Of a DNA stretch of 64,000 nucleotides, positions 18,355-27,373 are shown piece by piece. Below the pieces are notes generated by a model, which was not told the origin of the DNA, did no database searches, and saw nothing but the letters and a program-made list of their open reading frames with translations. The stretch's first letter is position 1, and each line of letters begins with the position of its first letter. The DNA is taken from IMG/VR virus record IMGVR_UViG_3300045988_130116; one strand, 5' to 3'. The stretch comes from a virus. Both the position numbers and the translations under genes were made by a program.

Positions 18355-19045
18355 GTGTTTTTTTCATTTTTTTTAAAATTTTTCCAATATGTCTACTTAT
18401 ATATACTTGATTACAACCATACATTTCTCCTATTTCTTTTTGAGTTTTATTCTCATAAAAATATAAAGTTATTAAATCTCTTTCGTTCTTAGGCAATATA
18501 TTTAATAATTGTTTTACAATCATTTTGTTATGTAATTTTTCTATAGAATCTTCTGAATCTGCTATCATATCTCCAACAGTTGTATCTTCTTCATCACTAT
18601 TAACGGATTGATTTAAAGATGTTAACCCACCTATTAAAGAATATACCCTATTTAAATCCTGTAGTCTTACATCTAATATTTTACAGATTTCTTCGTTAGT
18701 TATATAGACATTTTTTCTTTTTAATCTATTAATTTCTCTTAATAAATTCATGTCAACTTCACTTAATCTATTCATTCTATTCCTAACAATAACTTTTTTA
18801 GAAACTTTATCTAAAGAAGTTATACCGTAAGTATAAAAACTCAAACCTCTTTCAGTATCAAATCTCTTAATACATCTTAATAAAGCTAAATTAAGTTCTT
18901 GTTCCATATCCTCTAAGTCAAAAGCTTGTATTCCTGTTTTCCTTACTCTTCTCATTTCATGTTCTACAATTACTTTATATTCATTAAATAATTCATTTAA
19001 AGCCTCATTATCGCCATGTTGTGCTTTTAAAAATAATTCCTTCAT
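18332..19045 (-). CDS. sigma-70 family RNA polymerase sigma factor (2 of 3)
   Basis: 237 aa; LALLRCIKRFDTERGLSFYTYGITSL; region 4 KTQKEIGEMYGCNQVYISRHIGKILKKMKK. Confidence 0.8.
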   Translation of the reverse strand: MKELFLKAQHGDNEALNELFNEYKVIVEHEMRRVRKTGIQAFDLEDMEQELNLALLRCIKRFDTERGLSFYTYGITSLDKVSKKVIVRNRMNRLSEVDMNLLREINRLKRKNVYITNEEICKILDVRLQDLNRVYSLIGGLTSLNQSVNSDEEDTTVGDMIADSEDSIEKLHNKMIVKQLLNILPKNERDLITLYFYENKTQKEIGEMYGCNQVYISRHIGKILKKMKKTLDNTLIM

Positions 19046-19073
19046 TCTACTTCTCCCTTCATCTTATATATTA

Positions 19074-19102
19074 ATTATATCATATTTTAATATTGTTGTC
19101 AA
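19074..19102 (-). promoter_or_regulatory. cassette promoter TTGACA-17-TATAAT
   Basis: Drives sigma gene 18332..19045. Confidence 0.75.
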
Positions 19103-19563
19103 GTATTATTTTGAATTTTATCCATGTATTCATTACACAACTTATCTGCCTGTATATTCCCATAATTATCTGAATGTCCTTTTACCTTAACAAATTTTAT
19201 ATCTTTGAATTGAGATTTTAATTTAATTAATTCAATCCATAATTCTTTATTTACTACTGGATTTTTAGAAGCATTTTTCCAATCTCTTTTAATCCACCCT
19301 TCATACCATTCCGTTATCCCCTTTTTAACATAGTTACTATCCAAGTATACTATTATAGGTATGTTCTTATTCTTAATAGCTTTTAAACCTTCTATACAAC
19401 CTGTTAATTCCATTTCATTATTAGTTGTATTCTTCTTACCTCCACATATGCTCTTTGAATGATTTTTATAAACCATATAGCAACCCCAAGCACCTATGTT
19501 TGAGTTTTTACCATTACCTCTACACCCACCATCAGTCCAAAGTTCAATAACTTGTTTAAACAT
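19099..19563 (-). CDS. rnhA: ribonuclease HI
   Basis: 154 aa; LWTDGGCRGN..NNEMEL..YLDSNYV..W...W.....K.V.N.ELW......VKGHS...GN..AD.L. Confidence 0.9.
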   Translation of the reverse strand: MFKQVIELWTDGGCRGNGKNSNIGAWGCYMVYKNHSKSICGGKKNTTNNEMELTGCIEGLKAIKNKNIPIIVYLDSNYVKKGITEWYEGWIKRDWKNASKNPVVNKELWIELIKLKSQFKDIKFVKVKGHSDNYGNIQADKLCNEYMDKIQNNT

Positions 19564-19583
19564 TTATTTACCTCCTATCTTAA

Positions 19584-19612
19584 TAAAAAAAGGAAGAATA
19601 ATTATTCTTCCT
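19584..19612 (-). terminator. intrinsic terminator after 19616..19885
   Basis: Minus strand AAGGAAGAATAATTATTCTTCCTT followed by TTTTTTTT. Confidence 0.7.
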
Positions 19613-19615
19613 TGT

Positions 19616-19885
19616 CTAGTTCAGTTTATCTCTCTTATCAAAATAAGCCTTCTGCATATCAAGAGAAAACTGAATTTCTTCTTCCGTCATATCTTTTACT
19701 TTATTATTAATAAAAATTCGTTGGTATAAATGCCCTCTAATATTTATCTCTCTGTCTAACATTACTTCTGCTTTGTCTCCAAATCTTCTAATAACAGTAC
19801 CACATATTCCTTCTTCTTCATCGTAATACACATTACAGAATAATTTAATTTCTAAAGGACTTACATAAACTCTTTCTTTTGTCAT
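19616..19885 (-). CDS. hypothetical protein
   Basis: 89-aa ORF; cassette promoter 19959..19987; terminator follows. Confidence 0.6.
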   Translation of the reverse strand: MTKERVYVSPLEIKLFCNVYYDEEEGICGTVIRRFGDKAEVMLDREINIRGHLYQRIFINNKVKDMTEEEIQFSLDMQKAYFDKRDKLN

Positions 19886-19958
19886 CTTCTCACTCCAAAT
19901 GATGGCTTATATAGGAGTCTAAAGCCATCTAATTATAGTTATATTAACTCCTATATAT

Positions 19959-19987
19959 ATTATACTGAATTTTAAAAATATTGTCAA
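19959..19987 (-). promoter_or_regulatory. cassette promoter TTGACA-17-TATAAT
   Basis: Drives 19616..19885; leader carries alternative hairpins 19901..19954. Confidence 0.75.
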
Positions 19988-19990
19988 TAA

Positions 19991-20461
19991 TTATTTAAAA
20001 AAATTTATTATTTCATTATATATTTTTTCAACCATACTATCTACATTTACACTAGAGGTTTTTCTTTTCTTTATAACATCTTTTATATCACATGATGTTA
20101 CCCCTAATATGGAAGCATTTCCAACTTCTATAGTAAAGAAACTTGTCGCAGAAGCAGGCTCTATTCCTCTATTAGGTCTTAATTTTATATTGCCTAAATT
20201 TTTCTTGCTTCCTATACCTGAATCTATAGCTACTATTTTTTTATCTTCGTTTTCAAACATAACTTTTAAACATTCTTCTATATAATTTTTCCCATCAATA
20301 GGCTTTTCTACTGTCCCATAAACAGTAAATCCTGCTTCTTTTAATTTACTCCCTAATCTTGGGGCAAAGCTATCTAAAGGATATTTAGGGCAACCTATAC
20401 ATAAAAATACTAAGTCTTCTTTATTACATAACACCTTTTTTATATTCCCTATTATCTTCAT
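19991..20461 (-). CDS. YyaC-like (DUF1256) putative spore-protease-family protein
   Basis: LVFLCIGCPKYPLDSFAPRLGSKL...VYGTVEKPIDGKN...IVAIDSGIGS resembles B. subtilis YyaC (vCIGTDRSTGDSLGPLVG). ATG 20461 with AGAGGTGA SD preferred over track start 20536. Confidence 0.65.
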   Translation of the reverse strand: MKIIGNIKKVLCNKEDLVFLCIGCPKYPLDSFAPRLGSKLKEAGFTVYGTVEKPIDGKNYIEECLKVMFENEDKKIVAIDSGIGSKKNLGNIKLRPNRGIEPASATSFFTIEVGNASILGVTSCDIKDVIKKRKTSSVNVDSMVEKIYNEIINFFK

Positions 20462-20472
20462 ATTATCACCTC

Positions 20473-20799
20473 TTAAATATATTGATATATTAACATATGG
20501 AAACCTTTTCCAGTTCTTATAAAATTTTGACACCAAGTTTCCATGTTAATATTTAATTCATTTTCTTCTAACTGTGCTATTTTCATTATGGCATCAGAGG
20601 GAATTTCTTCATAGAATATTCTCTCAAAGCCTTCCTTAGCTTTTTCATATTCTTTATTAAGTATTTGTTCCTTGACTTCGTTAAAAAATCTCTCTGTTTC
20701 TTCTACAGCCTTTTGTCTTGCCTTTATATTCTCTGTATATTTTAATAATTTTTCTAAACCCTCACCTTCAACAAACTTTAACTTTTTAGTGACCCTCAT
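20473..20799 (-). CDS. hypothetical protein
   Basis: 108-aa ORF; GGAGGGG SD. Confidence 0.55.
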   Translation of the reverse strand: MRVTKKLKFVEGEGLEKLLKYTENIKARQKAVEETERFFNEVKEQILNKEYEKAKEGFERIFYEEIPSDAIMKIAQLEENELNINMETWCQNFIRTGKGFHMLIYQYI

Positions 20800-20815
20800 A
20801 TTCCCCTCCTGTTAA

Positions 20816-21736
20816 TTAATTATATTTATTCTTATATAATAATAGTGTATCCATAGAAAATGCACTAATATTATGTTTTCGCTTAAAATCTCTAATAGTA
20901 GAGTTATTCCATATTGTATTATTAGCTATTGTTTCTTCGTGCATCTTGTATATAACTCCCCCTATATATAACTTTTGTGGCTTTAATAATACGTCATATT
21001 CTGCTAATGAATCATTTAAATTAGCAATTCTAGTTCTTAACCCATTAAATGTCATTCTATTTAAACCCATACCATTATTTCTTTGAGGTTTACTTCTTAC
21101 AATATAAGGACTGTTTACATTTAATTTATAAGTTTCATTTGAAGTTCCTTCTATATCCCCTAATTTATAGTAAGAAATTTCTTCGATAGCAGATTGACAA
21201 TATTCTCTTAATATTTCATCCATTTCTATTATCTTATTTCCAACAATTATTTCATTCTTAGAGAAATCAACATCAGTTACTTTGATATTTGTTATATCAT
21301 CAAACCTTTTATCTTTTAACCCATACCAAATTCCATAAACTAGGAATTTATCTTGTGAATTAATAAATTGTTCGCATATAGCAATTATTTCATCTTTAGT
21401 ATAAATACCTTCATTATCTTTTATTATTTTATTAGGTGGTACATTTGAAAACTTTGTAGGTATATTAAGTACATCATTAAATATTTTAGTGAAGTCATTT
21501 ACTCTTATAGTTATACTTTGATAAGAATCTATTCTACCACAATGAATTATCAAAAAGTCGTTTATCTCTTCTAATGTTGCCCTAGTTATATTTTCCCCCT
21601 CGTTTACTACAAGTTTACCTTGTTCTGATAAGTAACTTATTAATCTTCTGTAATTAGCCCTAACACCTATTTTTGATGCTTCGTTCCAATTCTCTGTTGC
21701 CTTCTCTATTGTCTCATAATTTTTTAAGTTTAACAT
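20816..21736 (-). CDS. hypothetical protein (weak resemblance to tyrosine-recombinase N-terminal/core-binding region; catalytic residues not recognised)
   Basis: 306-aa ORF; cassette promoter 21790..21818; SD separated from ATG by hairpin 21745..21765. Confidence 0.55.
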   Translation of the reverse strand: MLNLKNYETIEKATENWNEASKIGVRANYRRLISYLSEQGKLVVNEGENITRATLEEINDFLIIHCGRIDSYQSITIRVNDFTKIFNDVLNIPTKFSNVPPNKIIKDNEGIYTKDEIIAICEQFINSQDKFLVYGIWYGLKDKRFDDITNIKVTDVDFSKNEIIVGNKIIEMDEILREYCQSAIEEISYYKLGDIEGTSNETYKLNVNSPYIVRSKPQRNNGMGLNRMTFNGLRTRIANLNDSLAEYDVLLKPQKLYIGGVIYKMHEETIANNTIWNNSTIRDFKRKHNISAFSMDTLLLYKNKYN

Positions 21737-21789
21737 ATTCTTTTGAGGTGGAATGTTACCACCTCACCTCCTTTCTTTATTATACTTAT

Positions 21790-21818
21790 ATTATATCATA
21801 AACTCATATTGTTGTCAA
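21790..21818 (-). promoter_or_regulatory. cassette promoter TTGACA-17-TATAAT
   Basis: Drives 20816..21736. Confidence 0.75.
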
Positions 21819-21854
21819 GTGTTTTCTTGAAAATTTTTATGCTATTTTACTTAA

Positions 21855-22853
21855 TCATCTTTGCAAAACTTTTTTATTTATTGACATAACTAATTCAGAT
21901 ATTTTTTTCTCATTTATTTTTTTAGGCAATACACTATTTTCTTTAGCATACTTAAATTTTTCTTCTAAATTATTTGCTATTTCAAATATTTCTTCGTAAG
22001 TATATTTCCCATTTCTTATATCTAACAATAATTCTTTTTCATCTTCTCTGTATGTTCTAACGCCTTTACCACTTAATATGTCTGTTCCCATTAAATATAA
22101 ACGAACTAAATGCATTGAATGTTTCAATAGATGCAATTCGTCTTTCTTTTTGTTACGATGGTTTAATTTCCCATACTGCTTAACAACCTCTCCCATTTCA
22201 TTCAACATACATTTTAAATCTCTTAACGGATAATGATTTAAATTTATGTCTATCATTATCTCTTTATCATAGTCTTCTTTTAAAGAACTATCTATATATA
22301 ATTTCAAATCCTTATCCATATGTTGGTAAGATATCTCAAATGTGTTCATTCTTTTTTGAATAGATTCTAATAAATGTTTCTCTTTTTCAGATTGAGTATA
22401 GCTATCTCTAGCCATAGCGTTTTTCAACCTTCTTAATTGATTTTGTGAATACCCTAAAAATGCACCATAAACTGCATCACTACTTAAAAATATCTCTACA
22501 TTATCTTTTAACATTTTCCCCTCTTCTGTCATTATAAAAGTGTCTTCTTCTCTTGTCCCTAATATTTCTATTACATTAGGATTAGAATTACATAATAAAT
22601 TTATCATTTGTTTCAACGGATATATTACTGTATCTGAATCTGAAGGAGTATATGGCTTATTTTTACATTTCATACTTAATATTTCATCCTTAGAATTTAA
22701 ATATATACCTCTTAAATCAATGTCAGAGCCTTCTACATTCGTTCCATAGGCATATGAGCCACCATAAGTTAGTAAACATATAGGATTTTCTTTTGTAAAC
22801 CTATCGGTTCTTATAAAGTCATACTCTTTGTTCTTTAATAATAAATTATTCAT
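21855..22853 (-). CDS. nucleotidyltransferase (Pol-beta superfamily, RlaP/PF10127-like)
   Basis: LLTYGGSYAYGTNVEGSDIDLRGIYL motif; ATG 22853 after AGGAGAGGG SD (track start 22862 is GTG). Confidence 0.65.
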   Translation of the reverse strand: MNNLLLKNKEYDFIRTDRFTKENPICLLTYGGSYAYGTNVEGSDIDLRGIYLNSKDEILSMKCKNKPYTPSDSDTVIYPLKQMINLLCNSNPNVIEILGTREEDTFIMTEEGKMLKDNVEIFLSSDAVYGAFLGYSQNQLRRLKNAMARDSYTQSEKEKHLLESIQKRMNTFEISYQHMDKDLKLYIDSSLKEDYDKEIMIDINLNHYPLRDLKCMLNEMGEVVKQYGKLNHRNKKKDELHLLKHSMHLVRLYLMGTDILSGKGVRTYREDEKELLLDIRNGKYTYEEIFEIANNLEEKFKYAKENSVLPKKINEKKISELVMSINKKVLQR

Positions 22854-22868
22854 AATTAACACCCTCTC

Positions 22869-23474
22869 CTAAAGAATATATTTTTTATCGAAAGTATTTC
22901 CGTATCTTTTTAATATCTCCATCTCTAAATCTTTAGATATAAAGTTATTATTTCTTATATTCATTTTTCTAGCACCTTTATTAACACATTCATTCTTTTT
23001 TTGCATATAACTTTTCTTAGCTATATAGCGTTCTAAGATATAAGGATTAGAACTTTTCTTTTTATTACAGTCTTCACAGATTAATCTTAAATTATTAAAG
23101 TTCCAACATTGTTCCCACAATTCTTCTACAAGTCTTAAATCATCAACTCCGTATTTCTCTTTAGCCAATTTCTTAAAGAAAGCTTTAGGTATTTTATGGT
23201 CTACTGTTATTTCATTTCTTCTTATTTTTTTACCACATTTAGGGCAAATATAGTATTTACCTTTAAATCTATTTTTTACAGTTCTAGTAGTTACCAACTC
23301 TTTTTTAACTATATTAGCATAATTCTTGTCATCAAAGACACAGTCTTTTCTTTTAACGATTGTGTCTTCTCCTTCTAATATCACATAACTGTCTTCTGTT
23401 TCCCCTATTATAGTAGCTTTTCTTACCTCATATCTTCTGTTACTCTTATTAAAAAATACATACCACTTTTTCAT
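22869..23474 (-). CDS. HNH endonuclease
   Basis: 201 aa; CPKCGKKI..ITVDHKIPKAFF ... NLRLICEDCNKKKS. Confidence 0.8.
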   Translation of the reverse strand: MKKWYVFFNKSNRRYEVRKATIIGETEDSYVILEGEDTIVKRKDCVFDDKNYANIVKKELVTTRTVKNRFKGKYYICPKCGKKIRRNEITVDHKIPKAFFKKLAKEKYGVDDLRLVEELWEQCWNFNNLRLICEDCNKKKSSNPYILERYIAKKSYMQKKNECVNKGARKMNIRNNNFISKDLEMEILKRYGNTFDKKYIL

Positions 23475-23498
23475 TCGGTTTCCCCCTTTAAATTTATC

Positions 23499-23948
23499 TT
23501 AATATTTTTCCATTATTAATTGTTTTAATTTATAAGCATTTACTAAATTAATACTATCTTCATTCATTTGATTTATTAAAGAATCACATTCATTAATTAA
23601 TAAATCTTTATTTATATTGTTTATTATCATTTCTGTCATGATACCTAATCCGTAAGTAACTTGACATTCTTCTAATCCATAAGCTGAATTATCATAATAA
23701 TTATTTAGGATATCTCCTGTTATATCGTTATATTCTTCTGTAAATTCACCTCTACTTTGTTTCGCTATTTCAATAGCTTGTTCCCTGTCTGTATAACAGG
23801 TAGCACGATTAGAACCAAAATGCATACCTGTTAAAAACAATGTTAGACAAAGTAGCGTACAACCTATAAGTTTTAACCCTTTCTTCTCTTCTTTTATAAG
23901 TTGTTTCATAAAATTATTTTTACTCTTTTTATTTGTATTCTTATTCAT
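23499..23948 (-). CDS. membrane-anchored hypothetical protein
   Basis: 149 aa; basic N-terminus then LKLIGCTLLCLTLFLTGMHFG TM segment; cassette promoter 23979..24007. Confidence 0.6.
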   Translation of the reverse strand: MNKNTNKKSKNNFMKQLIKEEKKGLKLIGCTLLCLTLFLTGMHFGSNRATCYTDREQAIEIAKQSRGEFTEEYNDITGDILNNYYDNSAYGLEECQVTYGLGIMTEMIINNINKDLLINECDSLINQMNEDSINLVNAYKLKQLIMEKY

Positions 23949-23978
23949 ATTACCCTCTCCTTTTCTTATTATACTTAT

Positions 23979-24007
23979 ATTATATCACATTATCAAAGTG
24001 TTGTCAA
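23979..24007 (-). promoter_or_regulatory. cassette promoter TTGACA-17-TATAAT
   Basis: Drives 23499..23948. Confidence 0.75.
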
Positions 24008-24427
24008 GTGTTTAATATAATTTTTTCTTATTATTTCGTATTTTTTTAAACTTGGAAACGCTACTACAATTTCTCCAAATCTATCTATTATATCGTCTTC
24101 ATTTATAAAAGACACTATCTCTCCAACTGCATCTTTAGGAACTCCTAGCACCTTTTCACACGCCTCTCTAAGAACAACTTTATCTCCTTTATTCATTCCA
24201 TCTTTACTATCTATTGTCTTTATAGGATTAAAATGTTTAGCCCAGACTTCAAATTTTTTGTGTTTATAAGATATTAATGGAGCTACTATTATATCTCCAT
24301 CATCTATATCTATGTTAAACATATTTTCATCTTCTCTAGTCATAGTGACAATACAAAGATTGTCACTATTAGTTATTCTATAAACGTTGCGACCACGCCC
24401 TATTATTACATCACCTATATTAAACAT
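23993..24427 (-). CDS. hypothetical protein
   Basis: 144-aa ORF; its last codons (HLTTL*) lie inside the next cassette's -35 element. Confidence 0.6.
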   Translation of the reverse strand: MFNIGDVIIGRGRNVYRITNSDNLCIVTMTREDENMFNIDIDDGDIIVAPLISYKHKKFEVWAKHFNPIKTIDSKDGMNKGDKVVLREACEKVLGVPKDAVGEIVSFINEDDIIDRFGEIVVAFPSLKKYEIIRKNYIKHLTTL

Positions 24428-24441
24428 ATATTATTACCTCC

Positions 24442-25368
24442 TTACTCTCCCACCATTATTAAATAACGATTAACTAAATGTTGTATAAATTTAACATTAG
24501 AATTCATTGACGGACAGTTTGACTCATATATAAGGTCAGATTTTCCGTTAAGAAATATTCTTTTAACCTCTTCATAGATATTGCTAGGAACATTTACTCC
24601 GTATTTATCAAAAGCTTTATCAAATTTGTCTCCGTCAAATCCATCTCTTCTTTCAAGAACATACACTAAACTTATTAAAGCGCTTGTTACTCTATTTTTA
24701 TCTGTCATTGATTCACCTATACTATAAAGATTTCTAGCACAATTTAGAAAGAACTCTTTTACATCAGTCGAATCTGCTTTAGGATTCATATGACTAAATA
24801 TGTTAAAATCATTCAATGAACTGGCTATATTATAGCTTTTTAATTCTAAGGCTAGTTTAACTCCATACATTTTATCTTCGTTTGACATATTTGTCACAAG
24901 GTCAAGTACTGATGGAGTATTTGAAATACCAAATCCTTCATATCTCAAGTAACAATATTCATACATAGTTTTTTTGTCATTATTTGACTCCACAAAAGAA
25001 GCCTCTCTATTATTAATATCTCTACCATAAACTGTTTTATATATAGAATCAGAGAATATAAATCCTTTTCCATCTAAGGCAATTCTATTTAAACTAAAAG
25101 CTTGTTTCTTTAAGTATGCACTTAGGACTCCTTTTCTTAGTCTTAATTTCCCTAATTCTGTTTCTAAGTAATACCCTCTATTATCTCTTTTAATCATATC
25201 TCTAATAGGAGTAAAATCTTCTACTAAAAGTTTGAAGTGACTTAAACTTATATCTTTATAGAAAAGGAATCTTCTCACTCCTTTGTCTACTGCATAAGTC
25301 TTTGTATAAGGATTTAATTTTTTTATTCCTTTTGATACTACACTCATAATTTTTTGTTCTTTGTTCAT
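24442..25368 (-). CDS. hypothetical protein
   Basis: 308-aa ORF; cassette promoter 25400..25428. Confidence 0.6.
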   Translation of the reverse strand: MNKEQKIMSVVSKGIKKLNPYTKTYAVDKGVRRFLFYKDISLSHFKLLVEDFTPIRDMIKRDNRGYYLETELGKLRLRKGVLSAYLKKQAFSLNRIALDGKGFIFSDSIYKTVYGRDINNREASFVESNNDKKTMYEYCYLRYEGFGISNTPSVLDLVTNMSNEDKMYGVKLALELKSYNIASSLNDFNIFSHMNPKADSTDVKEFFLNCARNLYSIGESMTDKNRVTSALISLVYVLERRDGFDGDKFDKAFDKYGVNVPSNIYEEVKRIFLNGKSDLIYESNCPSMNSNVKFIQHLVNRYLIMVGE

Positions 25369-25399
25369 ATTACCCTCTCCTTCTTCTTTATTATATTTA

Positions 25400-25428
25400 T
25401 ATTATATCATATTTTAATAGTGTTGTCA
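25400..25428 (-). promoter_or_regulatory. cassette promoter TTGACA-17-TATAAT
   Basis: Drives 24442..25368. Confidence 0.75.
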
Positions 25429-25477
25429 AGTACTATTTAGAAATATCTTTAATTTTTTTACATTTAAGAAAGACTTC

Positions 25478-25576
25478 CTAAAAGTTATCTTTCTCAATTA
25501 TGATTTTCTTATTTTTTAATTTAGGTTTTAATTTATTAATCGGTATAAACTTTATGTTCTTATTCAATTTTAACAT
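25478..25576 (-). CDS. possible small basic peptide (32 aa)
   Basis: Own translation MLKLNKNIKFIPINKLKPKLKNKKIIIEKDNF; AAAGGAGAAG SD. Confidence 0.3.
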   Translation of the reverse strand: MLKLNKNIKFIPINKLKPKLKNKKIIIEKDNF

Positions 25577-25747
25577 ACTCTTCTCCTTTCTTTATTCTTA
25601 TATAGATAGATATATAGTTTAGATAGGTCATAAATTTTTTACTTTTATAGGGTAACAATGTAGCATTTTCAACGGTTTGAGGTGCTTTCCAATACTCATA
25701 AATTTTTTATTTTTATAAAATGAAATGGCTAAATTTCAACGTTTCTT

Positions 25748-25784
25748 AAAAATAATATAAAATTAGCACCCATAAGAGTGCTAA
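25748..25784 (-). terminator. intrinsic terminator after primase gene
   Basis: TTAGCAC-TCTTATGG-GTGCTAA then TTTTATATTATTTTT; the stem includes the stop codon. Confidence 0.6.
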
Positions 25785-27307
25785 TAAAATAATTGATAAG
25801 TATTGCATAAACCTTTGTTGCCTTTTATTTTGTCAACTATTATAAGTTTAGCGTCAATTAAGTTTGATAAAATTTTAGGTATATTATTTGTTTTTATTCC
25901 TGTTAGATAAGATATATCTTCAAGAGTAACGGTTGGATTATTTGCCATTAAATATCTTAAAGCGATAGCAACCTTCAAGTCATTATCTTTTATTAACTTT
26001 TGCATTTTAAACACGAATAAATTTGTATTTAAATGCACTATTTCTTTATTGTACTTTTCAAAATCAAAATTATAAGTATAAAGTTCTGTCGGTTTTTTAG
26101 AACCGTCTATTTGTTGTTTTGTACTATATACTATATTTTTTTCTTTTAGATTTTTTAAAACTTTAGATATAGTCGGTTTGCTTATTTTTAAGTATTCAGA
26201 TATATCTTCTTTAGTAAAAAATTTTGTATTACAAACCTTTAATAACGCCATCACAGTTAATTCTGTTCCAGTTAATATTTCTAACATAAGTTTTTTCTCC
26301 TTACCTTTTACTGTTTGATAATTTATTATATGTTTTTTTGTCAATCCCATTACTTTATTATCTAAAGATATATCTGGTAACACAAATATATCATCAGAAG
26401 TAATATTTTTATATTTACATTTTAAGCTACATAATTTTTGTCCTGTCTTTATACAACAAGGTTTTATAAAAGAAGGATTCTCATATATACTTTTAACAAC
26501 TTTTTTAATTTCATTCTTAGACAATCCTTCTTCGCAGTTACTATTAAACTCGTAAGCATACTGTAAAGCCTTGTGTTCGCTTAGGTTAGCGTATTTACAA
26601 ACACTAGATATAAACATCAATGATTCATTTCTAAACCCCTTAGAAGCTCCATGACGGACTATTTGATTAAAACAGAATAAGTCTTCTACATTATCAACCG
26701 TCATATCAGTATTATTCTTTTTAAGTTCTATTACCCTATGATTTTTTAAGGTTTTTAAATCATATCCTCTTATCGGATTTCCATTTGTAACAATGGAAGC
26801 ATATTTATTTACTTTAAAGTTTTTAGTAAAAGGAACTCTTATTATCTGAGTACTGCTACAAGCCTTTATATCGGCTTCAAATAGGCTTGTAATATGCCTA
26901 TTGACTTCTACTATATCCTTAATAGGGTAAGAACCTTCTAGCTTAAAATATAAGTGCCAACCTCTACCACTATTGACAACCATATGTGTGAATAATCCTA
27001 TCCTTTTACACATATAATATATTTCTGATATAGGTAAATCTTCTTCATCTATATCTACTACTATAACATTCCTATTTAATAAAAGCTCTGTTTTATAAGC
27101 CTCTGTAACAGTTGTTGCTAGTCCTATATAGCAACTATTGTGTTTATACTTTTCTATTAAAGCTAGTCCTTCCTCATATGTATTAAAAAATACTTGTTTA
27201 TTAAAATTGGTATTAGGATTATTAATCCAAAGATATCCTTTTTCAATATTATTATTTTCTAATGTTGGAAGAACAAATTTTAAATAAGTTAATATTTTCT
27301 TTTCCAT
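25781..27307 (-). CDS. AEP-type primase / replication initiator with C-terminal winged-helix domains
   Basis: 508 aa; VIVVDIDEED (DxD), NSGRGWHLYF, IIRVPFTKN; C-terminal MarR-like FTKEDISEYLKISKPTISKVLKNLKEKNIV. Confidence 0.7.
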   Translation of the reverse strand: MEKKILTYLKFVLPTLENNNIEKGYLWINNPNTNFNKQVFFNTYEEGLALIEKYKHNSCYIGLATTVTEAYKTELLLNRNVIVVDIDEEDLPISEIYYMCKRIGLFTHMVVNSGRGWHLYFKLEGSYPIKDIVEVNRHITSLFEADIKACSSTQIIRVPFTKNFKVNKYASIVTNGNPIRGYDLKTLKNHRVIELKKNNTDMTVDNVEDLFCFNQIVRHGASKGFRNESLMFISSVCKYANLSEHKALQYAYEFNSNCEEGLSKNEIKKVVKSIYENPSFIKPCCIKTGQKLCSLKCKYKNITSDDIFVLPDISLDNKVMGLTKKHIINYQTVKGKEKKLMLEILTGTELTVMALLKVCNTKFFTKEDISEYLKISKPTISKVLKNLKEKNIVYSTKQQIDGSKKPTELYTYNFDFEKYNKEIVHLNTNLFVFKMQKLIKDNDLKVAIALRYLMANNPTVTLEDISYLTGIKTNNIPKILSNLIDAKLIIVDKIKGNKGLCNTYQLFY

Positions 27308-27339
27308 TGCCTCTTCTCCCAGTTCGATATTCTAATTCT

Positions 27340-27368
27340 ATTATACCAAAAATTACTAATGTTGTCAA
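27340..27368 (-). promoter_or_regulatory. cassette promoter TTGACA-17-TATAAT
   Basis: Drives primase gene 25781..27307. Confidence 0.75.
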
Positions 27369-27373
27369 GTGGT

